DNA of 64,000 nt, taken from the NCBI RefSeq assembly GCF_004010195.1, contig NC_057722.1, forward strand, positions 65,727,932 through 65,791,931, read 5' to 3'. Made by a program: the position numbers and the translations under genes. The notes under the pieces were generated by a model that saw only the letters and a list, made by a program, of their open reading frames with translations, had not been told where the DNA came from and did not search any database. Positions 48,701 through 58,499 of this stretch are shown here, piece by piece. Every line of letters starts with the position of its first letter. The stretch's first letter is position 1. The DNA comes from Chiloscyllium plagiosum (taxonomy: Eukaryota).

Positions 48701-50823
48701 CATGGGCATCTGGAAATGCCACACCACAAAAATAAGTGTCATAAAAAGCCATCTCACTGCTGCCTGGGTCTGTGAACATGTCAATCCCTGCTTCAGAAAA
48801 AGGCTAAAATGACATTGATTGTAATCCAAGGCTATCTCTATATGTTACCCACAATCTATAAGTGCACTTCCTTTACAATGTGCTACCTTCATAATTTCAT
48901 GCCCTACCATTCAGTGAGCTTTCCATTGTGTTGGTACTCACCAATTACTTTAATGCAAGGTCTTGTGTTGATCGTGGTGCAAAGCCGCACATCCAATGCA
49001 TCTGGAAGTTAAAGAAGATTCCTTATTTATATTGTATAATATAAATACTACATCACCTTCCCCTTCCAATTACTTTTTATTTTAAAAATATTAATTTTAT
49101 TTTTGCTTTTGTATGAAGGTCCCACAGTCTGTATGCAGTGAAAGCTGCCCACCTGGTACAAGAAAAACTGTACAGCACAGACAACACACATGCTGCTTTG
49201 ACTGCATACCATGTTCTGAAGGTGAAATCACCAATGCAACAGGTCAGCAAATGTCATTTTACCATTTGATGAAAAGATATTTCATTTTTTAAAGAAGTGC
49301 CGCATTTTTTACAAGAGAAATGCAGGATAACTATATTAATGTGAAGGGATTAGATAAGGGGAAACTGTTTCCACTGTTAAGAGGGTTAGGACACAGATTA
49401 AGGCAATGGCTAAAGAAGTAAACAGAGGAGAGATTGAGAGAATGATCATTTTTACACAGGGAACAGTTTTGATCTGGAATGGACTGCCTGAATAGGCAGA
49501 TGGATGCAGATTCAACTTTCAAAAGATAGTTGGACGTATGTAATAGTAAAGAAAAATGACGAGAGAGCGGAGAGTGCAATTTACAAAGAGCCGGCACAGG
49601 GATAATGGGCTGAGCAGCCTACTTCTGTACTGCAAGGTTTTTTGATTCCAAGAATAACTTAAACTTAAACCTAACTTAAACAAGTTCGTTTAACTTTAAA
49701 CAACTTAAACAAGTCCAAAGATGTGCAGGTCAGGTGAATTGGCTGTTCTAAAATTACCCATAGTGTTAGGTGCATTAGTTAGAGGGGAATGATAATGGGT
49801 GGATTACTCTTTGGTGGGTTGGTGTGGACTTGTTGGGCCAAAGGACCTGTTTCCACGCTGTAGGGAATCTAATCTAATCAAGTATCTATCACTGATTACA
49901 TTCTCCTAGATTCACTAGAATGCACGAAATGCCCCCTGGAATACTGGTCAAGCAATGACAGCCAAAGATGTATACTGAAAGAAATTGAGTTTCTCTCCTT
50001 TGAAGATACCATGGGAATTATCCTGATGATGGTGGCATTATTTGGAGCATGCATCACTTTGATTATTGCTTCTGCATTTCTTTATTATAAAGATACCCCC
50101 ATCGTCAAAGCTAACAACTCTGAATTAAGCTTTCTGTTGCTATTTTCATTGGCACTTTGTTTTCTGTGCTCACTTACATTTATTGGTGAGCCCTCAGTTT
50201 GGTCTTGTGTACTGCGGCACACAGTGTTTGGCATTACGTTTGTCCTTTGCATGTCCTGCATACTAGGGAAAACTATTGTCGTGCTCATGGCATTTAAGGC
50301 AACTGTTCCTCAAATGAATATGATGAAATGGTTTGGGCCTGTGCAACAAAGGGCCATGGTGTGTGCATGCACTTTCATCCAAATTCTCATATGCATCATC
50401 TGGCTTGTTGTTGCTCCCCCTTTCCCAACAAAATATACAAAATATCATAATTCAAAGGTTATTTTGGAATGTAATGTTGGGTCTCCAATAGCCTTCTACT
50501 GTGTATTGGGATACATTGGTATTCTAGCATGTGTGTGTTTTATGCTAGCTTTTTTGGCAAGAAAGCTGCCAGGCAATTTCAATGAAGCAAAGTTCATAAC
50601 TTTTAGTATGCTCATCTTCTGTGCAGTGTGGTTAACATTCATTCCAGCCTATGTAAGCTCTCCTGGCAAATATACAGTTGCAGTTGAAATTTTTGCCATT
50701 TTGTCATCTAGCTTTGGTTTACTTTTCTGCATTTTTGGTCCAAAATGCTACATTATCTTATTCAAACCAGAGAAAAATACAAAACAGAATCTGATGAGGA
50801 AAATTCCTTCAAAAAGGCTTTAA
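36550..50823 (+). CDS. V2R/OlfC-family class C GPCR, gene 3; join(36550..36788,37287..37578,40887..41696,44800..45027,49119..49242,49910..50823), 2607 nt, 868 aa (alternative ATG at 36580)
   Basis: Same six-exon structure and phases; joined frame is open; introns enlarged by transposons. Confidence 0.94.
37287..37578 (+). CDS. V2R gene 3 exon 2
   Basis: Acceptor ctgcag|; [20 protein letters not shown]; donor |GTAAGG; 292 nt. Confidence 0.93.
38868..38960 (-). mobile_element. Short element with decayed hammerhead motif (third family)
   Basis: Reverse complement of 38905-38942 reads CA-CTGAAGA-T-ATTACC-TAGTAT-GGTGC-CAAAACATC-TG. Confidence 0.5.
39295..39467 (+). repeat. G-rich purine low-complexity tract
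   Basis: More than ten GGG-or-longer runs with short spacers. Confidence 0.8.
39510..39690. repeat. Decayed palindromic Penelope-associated element
   Basis: ggaaaaacttagcaggtttggcagcatctgtgaagagaaatca pairs with tgatttctctgcacaaatgttggcagacctgctgagcttttcc. Confidence 0.75.
39914..40004. mobile_element. Collapsed palindromic element flanked by a 16-bp direct repeat
   Basis: CCATCAATGGAAAAGC at 39898-39913 and 40005-40020; insert is similar to the 56572 family. Confidence 0.8.
40188..40512 (+). mobile_element. HE1-like SINE, full length, decayed
   Basis: tRNA-like head, central domain, gggccgaatgg tail. Confidence 0.8.
40887..41696 (+). CDS. V2R gene 3 exon 3
   Basis: Acceptor ttgcag|; VSYFSTC..IEPWQ; donor |GTAAGA; 810 nt. 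Confidence 0.94.
41728..41934. mobile_element. Palindromic Penelope-derived element with 12-bp TSD
   Basis: TSD TATCAAACACTG at 41716-41727 and 41935-41946; about 80-bp near-perfect inverted arms 41758-41838 and 41856-41936. Confidence 0.9.
41846..41880 (+). ncRNA. Minimal type-I hammerhead ribozyme motif
   Basis: CAC-CUGAUGA-A-GGAGC-AGC-GCUCG-GAA-AGCU-A/GUG: helix I CAC/GUG, helix II GAGC/GCUC, palindromic helix III AGCU, NUH = CUA. Confidence 0.7.
42324..42605 (-). mobile_element. HE1-like SINE
   Basis: Colinear with 57835-58150; followed by a Penelope-associated arm at about 42620-42725. Confidence 0.85.
43130..44610 (+). mobile_element. CR1 LINE fragment carrying two nested antisense CR1 3' pieces (43387-43509 and about 43548-43812)
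   Basis: VTSGVPQG codons, [32 protein letters not shown]; the inserts start with (AGAACAT)n tails. Confidence 0.88.
44800..45027 (+). CDS. V2R gene 3 exon 4 (absent from the ORF track)
   Basis: Read by eye as [45 protein letters not shown]; 228 nt; donor |GTAAGA. Confidence 0.9.
45500..47710 (+). mobile_element. CR1 LINE, 5'-truncated, disrupted (gene 3 intron 4)
   Basis: [46 protein letters not shown]; tattctatgttc tail. Confidence 0.95.
49119..49242 (+). CDS. V2R gene 3 exon 5 (Cys-rich domain; absent from the ORF track)
   Basis: [41 protein letters not shown]; 124 nt; donor |GTCAGC. Confidence 0.92.
49712..49879 (+). mobile_element. HE1-like SINE, 5'-truncated
   Basis: gtccaaagatgtgcaggtcagg..cctgtttccac..aatctaatctaatc. 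Confidence 0.85.
49910..50823 (+). CDS. V2R gene 3 exon 6 (7TM domain)
   Basis: Acceptor ctcctag|; 7TM segments; TAA stop. Confidence 0.95.
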
Positions 50824-53800
50824 GGAGTACATAATGAACAGTTCCACAGTGTCTAAAAGCCAAACAGATCCATTATCTTACCATACCCTGTACAACATTC
50901 CAAATTATCTGAATATCTTGCTTTATCTGAATATCAAATCACTAACCTTGCTGTGCTGACACATGCTCTACAACATGATGACAAGCCAAAGTTTAAAAAA
51001 GGCTTGAAGATTACTTATTGTGAGATTAAATCTGAAAAGAAGAGTGAATTGTGGAACTTAATTTAATAGGCAAAATGATAAAATAATATACCGGCATATC
51101 AATAGGAGAGGAAGGCTGGAAACGGAATAGGACATGAAGGGAAAGACAAAATAATATCACAAGTACTGGTGGAGAAATGGCAAAAATACTAAATAAGTAT
51201 GAACTTCAGTATTTGCCAGGAAGAGAGAACCAGGAATCATGATAAAGAATGATGTGATGAGCAGGAACAAAATTATCATCAAAGGCACAGGTATGTAAGA
51301 ATGTATTAACTGAGGAATCTGCCACATGGCTCTTTGAATGCATTTTTTTCATCACAAATTTAAAGCAAAATACCTATAATTGACCAAAGTGGGATGGAAA
51401 ACATAAAGTAATAATATTAGATTACCTTCTGTCTTACTGAGTTTTTGCAGAGCCTAGCACTGCCAAACATCCCTGAAATTTTCATACTTGATCAGCTGAC
51501 TGGTGAATTAGCTCTTTGCTGTTGGGAGAGCAACAATAATGCTATGATGGACCTTAGAATTTCTGGATCTGCAGGGGTAGATCACCAGGATTTCCCACTC
51601 CTGATTCCTATCCTTGGACTGTTCCTGAATGTCTTTTGAGGGTAAAGCCAACGTTGGGGTGATGCCCTTCCCAACAATCAAATAGATCCATTGAGTCAAG
51701 TGTTACTTGTGCCCATAAAAAAACATCATTTAATTAATACCTTCTGAAGAGAAACCTGTACAAAAGTATTGTTGAAAAAAATAAGAAAAGAAATCAAGAA
51801 CAGGAAGTAAGCAATAGGTCAAGATGAGGTCTCATAAAGCTACTGTAAATGTGAAGAGAGAGCTGTACATGTGGAACAGCTAACTCAATATCAGTGCAGT
51901 GGTGTTAACAGCTTTGTAAGCAGCTGAATCACTTGGAACTAACAGTACAATACTCAACTCAAGTGACTGAACCATGGCACATAAACACAATTGATTTCTG
52001 ATCAATAAGAGGAAGTTACTCACTACAGAAATGTGGTGGGCAATTGTTCCTGTCAGAAATGGGCATTGGGAATATCAGATTGGCAAACTGCTTCCAGTTC
52101 TTCAGAGTCACAAACCTGGAAGTAGTTTTCAGTGGTGACCAGTTATTTTTCATTGCAAGGGTGTCAATTTTACGAAAAGATTGACACCTTAGGGCACCTT
52201 TGCATCTCAAAGTGGTCAACTTCATTGTGCACAGAATTCATTTGCAGAGCTAAGGAAATCCCTAACCTGAAAGTCTTGACACCTTTATATTAAAGCACAT
52301 GAAATCAGTGGTATTAGGGGAAAAAAAGAAGTTTAATCTTGACCAAGGAACTAGTCAAAGACTTGAAACATGAAATAGATATAATTGCAACCAAGTAAAG
52401 CATTAAAAGCTCTTCCAAATAACTACAAGTTACCGGAACTGGAATGTGCCACATCACCAAACATTTCATGGCTTAGTTAGTTGAATTTTGATATCCCACT
52501 AAAATTAGTACTAATTCTCACGATACTTCATGCTGGTAACATTGATTATTATAAATAATATTGTATCATATGGTTTTTAATTGTCCTTTAAAATATTTAG
52601 TCAATAGATGAATTATAATGGTGGCATAACTAACAGAATTGTAATGGTATTGTTGAACATTAAAGCAAAACTAATATTTTCAACTGCTAATCAATAATTA
52701 CAAATAATGCCGTGAACACTGTTTGCATTAGATAATGTGGGGTTTTGTGGATATTCAATTCTTGGTGACAGAAATCATGTGCATTTTATTATATTATTAT
52801 AAAATAATAAACAAAATCCATTAATTGATATGTGTTGATTTATTTTTAACATATCAAAGAGCAGCATATGTAATTTGGAGTTGCTAACTATTTTGAATGT
52901 TGAAAACTTTTGGGTCCCTTGCTTGTCAAGTGATATTGAAATCTATTGTAGCAATCATATTGAGTTTATCCAATTCAGTACAGGTGACAGAATTGAAACT
53001 GCTAACAATGCCATCTATTTATATCTATAACTTTCTGCAAAGCAGGGAGAGTGTAAGAGTGTGTGGTAACACATAAGGAATCAGATAGGGCCAGTGATGA
53101 ACAGGCCTTGACAAATATAATGGTTGGACCTTAAAGAGTATTTTCTTCTTTAAAGTCCTGCCAGGCAGTTGACCGAATTGTCAGTGGATAGACAAAGCCA
53201 TGTGACTGACTAACCAGTAATTTGTAATTACCCATTAGTCTAAAAGTGGGGTTACAATCAATGATAAGTTTGTCTATTGTGTAACAAAAATTGTTATGCA
53301 TAAGAACAGCATTAGAATAAGCAATATGAACAAATGTAGGTCCTACAGCCTGTTCAGCCAGCTGTGGGAATCAATAAAATATTAATTTTGTTTATTATTC
53401 ATTCATGGGATGTGGATGTTGTTGGCCAGGCCAGAATTGATTGCCCATCCCTAATTCCCCACAAGGCAGTTAAGAGTCAACCACATTGCTGTGGTTCTGG
53501 AGTCACATATAGGCCAGACCAGGTAAGAATGACAGTTTCCTTCCCTAAAGGACATTTATGAACTAAATAGATTTTTCCTGAAAATTGACAACACTGTCAT
53601 GGTCATCATTGAATCATCAGATGTTGAAATCAAATTCCATGATCTACCATGGTGGGATTGAAAACCTGATCCCCAGAACATCACCAGGGTCTCTAGATGA
53701 ATAATTTAATGGTAATACCATAAGATCATCAATTTTCACTATAAAAACAAGTGTTTCCTTTATTTGTAAGGAGAGGAATGAGACCATAAAACAATCCTTT

Positions 53801-55789
53801 TCTACTGAATTGCAAAATAACTCTTGGTAAGCCAATGGAGTCAATTCAATATTTATGAAAAGTGCCCACTTTGTGGGGCATTATCTTCTAAGAAGGATTG
53901 TTGGATTAATATGGAAGTTAGCATTTCATAATTAACTTAGCTTAATTATAATGGCACAATCTAATTGGATTGATTGATTCAATATTTCTGTTTAATTCTG
54001 ATCAATGTAGATATTGATGCTATAATATCAGGTAACTGTGCTTAGCCTCCCTTGACAAACAAATGCAACATGGTATTGCAAAGAGTGAAAACAATTCAAT
54101 GATATTTTAGAATTATAGCTAAAAGGTCAAGAAATCCCGATTTAGCTTATTTCTATTTAATGATTTTGAAATCACCCAAACTTCCAAGGTTGAATAAGGT
54201 AGAGTTGGTATCCTCCTTATCTGGTTTGTAAGTCCTTATCAAAAAATTATAACCACAACTCTTCCCCTGGTGAGTTGTAGAGTACTGGTATTTTAAATTG
54301 TTTCAGAAGGGAAGTAATTATTGTAACTAAACTTATCATTTTTACCTGGTGTAACCTTTATATTAGTCATGATTTGGAGATGCCGGTGTTGGGTTGAGGT
54401 TAACTTTGTGAAGTTGTAAATCATTTTGACTTCCATCACTCAAGAGCACATGTTGAAGAATATTTCACTACTTCACTCTTTATGCAGTCTCATTGTTTTG
54501 ATTAATACTTTGTGATTTTTTTGGTCTTACACAGTTTTGAGGTTATGAGAAGCTTTTTGTACAATATCTTATTATAATAAAATGACAATCTCCAGCTACT
54601 CAGTAACAGAGTCAAAAAAATCACCAAACAAGTGACTTTATGAAAAAGAAATCAGTCATTAGTGTCTAATTTAACGTGAGATTTGCCAATTCAGATTGAG
54701 ACGGTGATCCCAGAAGTATCAATCGGTGGGTTTTGATTTTATATACCTCTCACTTTTCAAAAAAAAGGTTAAGAAAATTTCAAAATATGAAAACGTCATC
54801 AGGCAGCAATGAAGAGACTGCAATGAAGCAATAGGGCGTATAGATAAATAACAACTTAAGGAACAGTCAGGAAGTAATGGGAGGTGATATTAGTCAATAC
54901 CAATCACTGTAAGAACTGATTAGAGATTGATTATGCATTCCTTAAAACAACTGGCAATAAGCCTTGCCTCAGCTAGGCGGATCAGACTATGTAATTATTC
55001 ATGCTTTGGAAAGAATTAAAATGCAACAAACTTCAGAGATCAAAGTGCAAAAAAAGTTTGAAGTAAAGGCATCCTCCTGTCCAAATAGAAGCATAAGGCA
55101 CTTGGGTGTTGCAGAGAGACAAGAGACAATGTTTTTGAACCACGCTGAAATCAGAACTTGAAGGCAAAAGTCGTAGTACACCCACAAAGTTGCTGCCCTA
55201 CTTTGATTAGCATTGTTTATAACTTCCATTTCTGAGTTACTGCATTACTGTTGGTTATAGTATCAAATGAACATTGGGATTTGAGATTAAATTGTAATCT
55301 AAAACTTACAATTGTAGTTAAAAACTAAGTGGTGAATTTTCACAAAAAAATCTTTAACATTCTGATTCCAAATAAAACTTTTGCAATAGCTTTTCACAGC
55401 TGTTGGTAGCTCGTTAAAGAGACAGAGCACTATGACCTCACAATTTTTAAACCAATTTTGCATTTTTAAAACTTTATTTATTTTGTGGCGGTGAGCTGTC
55501 TTCTTGAACTGCTGCAGTCCACCTGTTGAAGGTTGACCCATAATGCCATTAGGTCGGGAATTCCAGGATTTTAACCAAACATTTCACCATAATTGACTTC
55601 ATTTATCTCGCAGATTAGTAATAACATGATAAGATCCCAGTGCTAATTGCTGTATCCAGATCAAAAAATTCACTTAATCTGTGGATCAAGTGAGAGGTGC
55701 TAAGTGTTTTCTTTTGTCATCAGATACACAAGTAGTTTGACTATACAGTCATAAAAAGAGTTCACCAATCTCATCACCATGCTCTTACA

Positions 55790-56090
55790 ATTGGAAAACT
55801 GCCAATGTGACACCCCTATGCAAAAGCGAAGGAAGCAAAAAAAAGGTAACTATAGGCAGATTGCTTAAAATCTAGCTTTGGGAAAAAAAATTGGAATCAA
55901 TTATTAATGAAGCAATCGCAGCACATTTGGAAAATCATGACATAATCAGGCAGAGTCACCATGGCTTCATGAAAGGCAAATTCTGTCTGACTAATTTCTG
56001 AGAATTTCTTGAGGATGCCTCAATCAGGGTAGACAGAGGAGGCTTGAGGGGCTAAACCCCCTACTCCTGTTCCTATACCTTATTGTCTTA
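55790..56090 (+). mobile_element. CR1 fragment with internal deletion
   Basis: W.TANVTP..K..NYR and HGFMKGKFCLTN codons joined directly to the 3' tail cctactcctgttcctat. Confidence 0.7.
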
Positions 56091-56571
56091 TCTTGACTCT
56101 GATTAATACCTGTTGTTGGCTCAATTTCTTTTTAATTCCAACATTTTAATTTATACAGGGTGATCTTCCTCTCTATGTGATTTGATTGAATATTTCTCTT
56201 AAAGCTTCTCTGGCATTCGATGTGATTCTGCTTTAATTGTTTTCTCAAGGTTTTAACCTCCCCCTGATTCTTTTTCACAACATAATCAGATTTCTGAGTA
56301 TGGTAGTATACTCCAAATACCAGAAGGCCCACTGCCATTTCAACTTTTAACTTCTTGTCCATCTGTCCCTGGACAAATACTTTCTCTAAGCATGCTGCGA
56401 GTAGTGTTTGAGCTCTTTTACTAGACAGATTGACCAGCCTCAATTAATAGAAAGAAAAGAAATTTCAACTGACAACTAAACAGTAATGTCCATGTCACTT
56501 ATGGATTTGTAAAGATTCTACAACCTTTAAGCTTCCCTTTCTCAATAGGACTGCTGGCCAGGCAGATTCAC

Positions 56572-56791
56572 TGATACAGGAGAAAGTGAGGACTGCAGAT
56601 GCTGGAGATTACAGTTGAGAGTGTGGTGCTGGAAAAGCACAGCAAGTTAGGCAGCATCTAGGAGCATGTGAATCGATGTTTCAGGCATAAGCCCTTTATC
56701 CTGATGAAGGGCTTATGCCTGAAACATCGATTCTCCTGCTCCTCGGATGCTGCCTGACCTACTGTGCTTTTCCAGCACCACGGTCTTGACT
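56572..56791. mobile_element. Palindromic short element with central hammerhead motif (second family)
   Basis: Inverted arms 56623-56696 and 56707-56781; possible TSD cagattcac/caaattcac. Confidence 0.85.
56698..56731 (+). ncRNA. Minimal type-I hammerhead ribozyme motif, slightly decayed
   Basis: AUC-CUGAUGA-A-GGGC-UUAU-GCCU-GAA-ACAU-C/GAU: helix I AUC/GAU, helix II GGGC/GCCU; helix III ACAU is one change from palindromic ACGU. Confidence 0.65.
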
Positions 56792-57834
56792 CAAATTCAC
56801 CAAGGTGTTTTGTTACACACCAGATATTCCCATTCAGTCTCAAATCACAGTGACTTAATCAATTCCATAAGTTTTAAAGAGCATAAACAAGGAAAATAAA
56901 AATAAACTGGTGGATGAACTTTAAAGGAAAAAGAAATATTACTTCCATGGTAATCTAAAGATCTTGTTACAGAATTCACTTCACTTTGCAATTTTCTGAA
57001 CTTTTATCTTGTCATGCAAGAGTATAATGTACTGAATTACATTTCTCATATATTAGAGTGAACAATCATCCCTCTCATTATTATTGCTGCTAATGGAAAT
57101 AAATAATGAGATAATGAGCTCAAAAGTATTGAAAATTGGGTCCTGACTGCATTTGCCTCTCTTTTCTAAAGCAAAGGAATAAAGAACATTTCAGGTATTT
57201 TCCAATCAATGTGTCATGAGGATTGCATTATTCCCAGGTCAAACCAAGATTACTTCTCCACTATTAGATCCTTCTGATATTCACTTGACTGAACCAAATT
57301 CATCTATTGAAAATGTTATGCACAACTTGATTTTAAATAATGCACTATAGAAAATAAACAATTCAAACTAAATTGTGATATGATTAAATAAGTATATAAC
57401 CCTTTTAGCAGCTGTTTGCCATGTACCATACCAATGGTGGACAGCATATGTGATGACTAATTGCTTAAGGCACTTTTTAGCTGTGGTTCAATAGTTGAAC
57501 TTTCTCAATTGGACCTTTAAACCAGTAAGTTTGTACATCAATGCATGGATTACATTGTGCAATACCAATGGTAAGGAAAATGTTGATATCATAAACCAAG
57601 AAATTAATGAATTATGATGGAACACAATATACAGAGAATTCAGAGAAATACAGAGAAAACTCATTCCAATGAGTTTTTATTTGCTTATATTCAATATTAT
57701 ATGTCAGACATTTCTTTTCCCAGAGTAATGAGCCTCTGGAATACATTGCATGAGAATGTGCTGGGTGCTGACTCTCTGCATTATCTTCAAGAATAATGTG
57801 GACTGATTCTTGACTGTGCAAAGGATCCCATCAT

Positions 57835-58150
57835 GATTAGATTAGATTAGATTACAGTGTGGAAACAGGCCCTTCGGCCCAACAAGTCCACACCGACCCG
57901 CCGAAGCGAAACCCACCCATACCCCTACATTTACCCCTTACCTAACACTACGGGCAATTTAGTATGGCCAATTCATCTGACCCTGCACATCTTTGGATGG
58001 TGGGAGGAAACCGGAGCACCCGGAGGAAACCCACTCAGACACGGGGAGAACGTGCAAACTCCACACAGTCAGTCGCCTGAGGCGGGAATTGAACCCGGGT
58101 CTCTGGCGCTGTGAGGCAGCAGTGCTAACCATTGTGCCACCGTGCTGCCC
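57835..58150 (-). mobile_element. HE1-like tRNA SINE, full length, young
   Basis: A box TGGCACAATGG, B box GTTCAATTCC, CpG-rich body, CR1-like 3' end GGGCCGAAGGGCCTGTTTCC, (AATCT)n tail. Confidence 0.92.
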
Positions 58151-58499
58151 ACTTTTCATTTTTGTTTTTCATATTGAAGTACCTTTCTTGATATTTTGTT
58201 GAGGGCATAACAAATAGAACTTTTCAGCCTTCTTCACTCCTGAGGAAGTGTGTTTGGATTTGAAATATTAATTCGGTTTCTCTCACCGTGCCAGTTGAAT
58301 GTCTCCAGCATTCTTTGTTTTTATTTGGGAGATTAAACAATCCAATTGACAGCTCATTTTGCTTGAAAAAGAATTGGCAGTGCCATATCAATATTTTGAA
58401 GCAATACCACTGCTGGAAGGAGGATAAACAAGAACAGTGGAGAATGAACGAGATACTGAGGATGAAGTACAAGGAAGGTTAGACTATTCTCATATCAAA

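Noticed and set aside
49658-49713. CRISPR-like or functional short repeat (aacttaaac)n
   Set aside because: Simple AT-rich tandem duplication next to a SINE; no spacers, eukaryotic context
919-50823. Calling the genes CASR, GPRC6A or TAS1R
   Set aside because: They lack the long CaSR C-terminal tail, occur as tandem paralogs and carry fish V2R/OlfC-type motifs ([23 protein letters not shown]). No specific gene symbol can be justified.
57857-58202. Short ORFs and a tRNA gene over the A/B boxes
   Set aside because: This is the tRNA-derived head of a SINE present in many copies here; the ORFs are incidental
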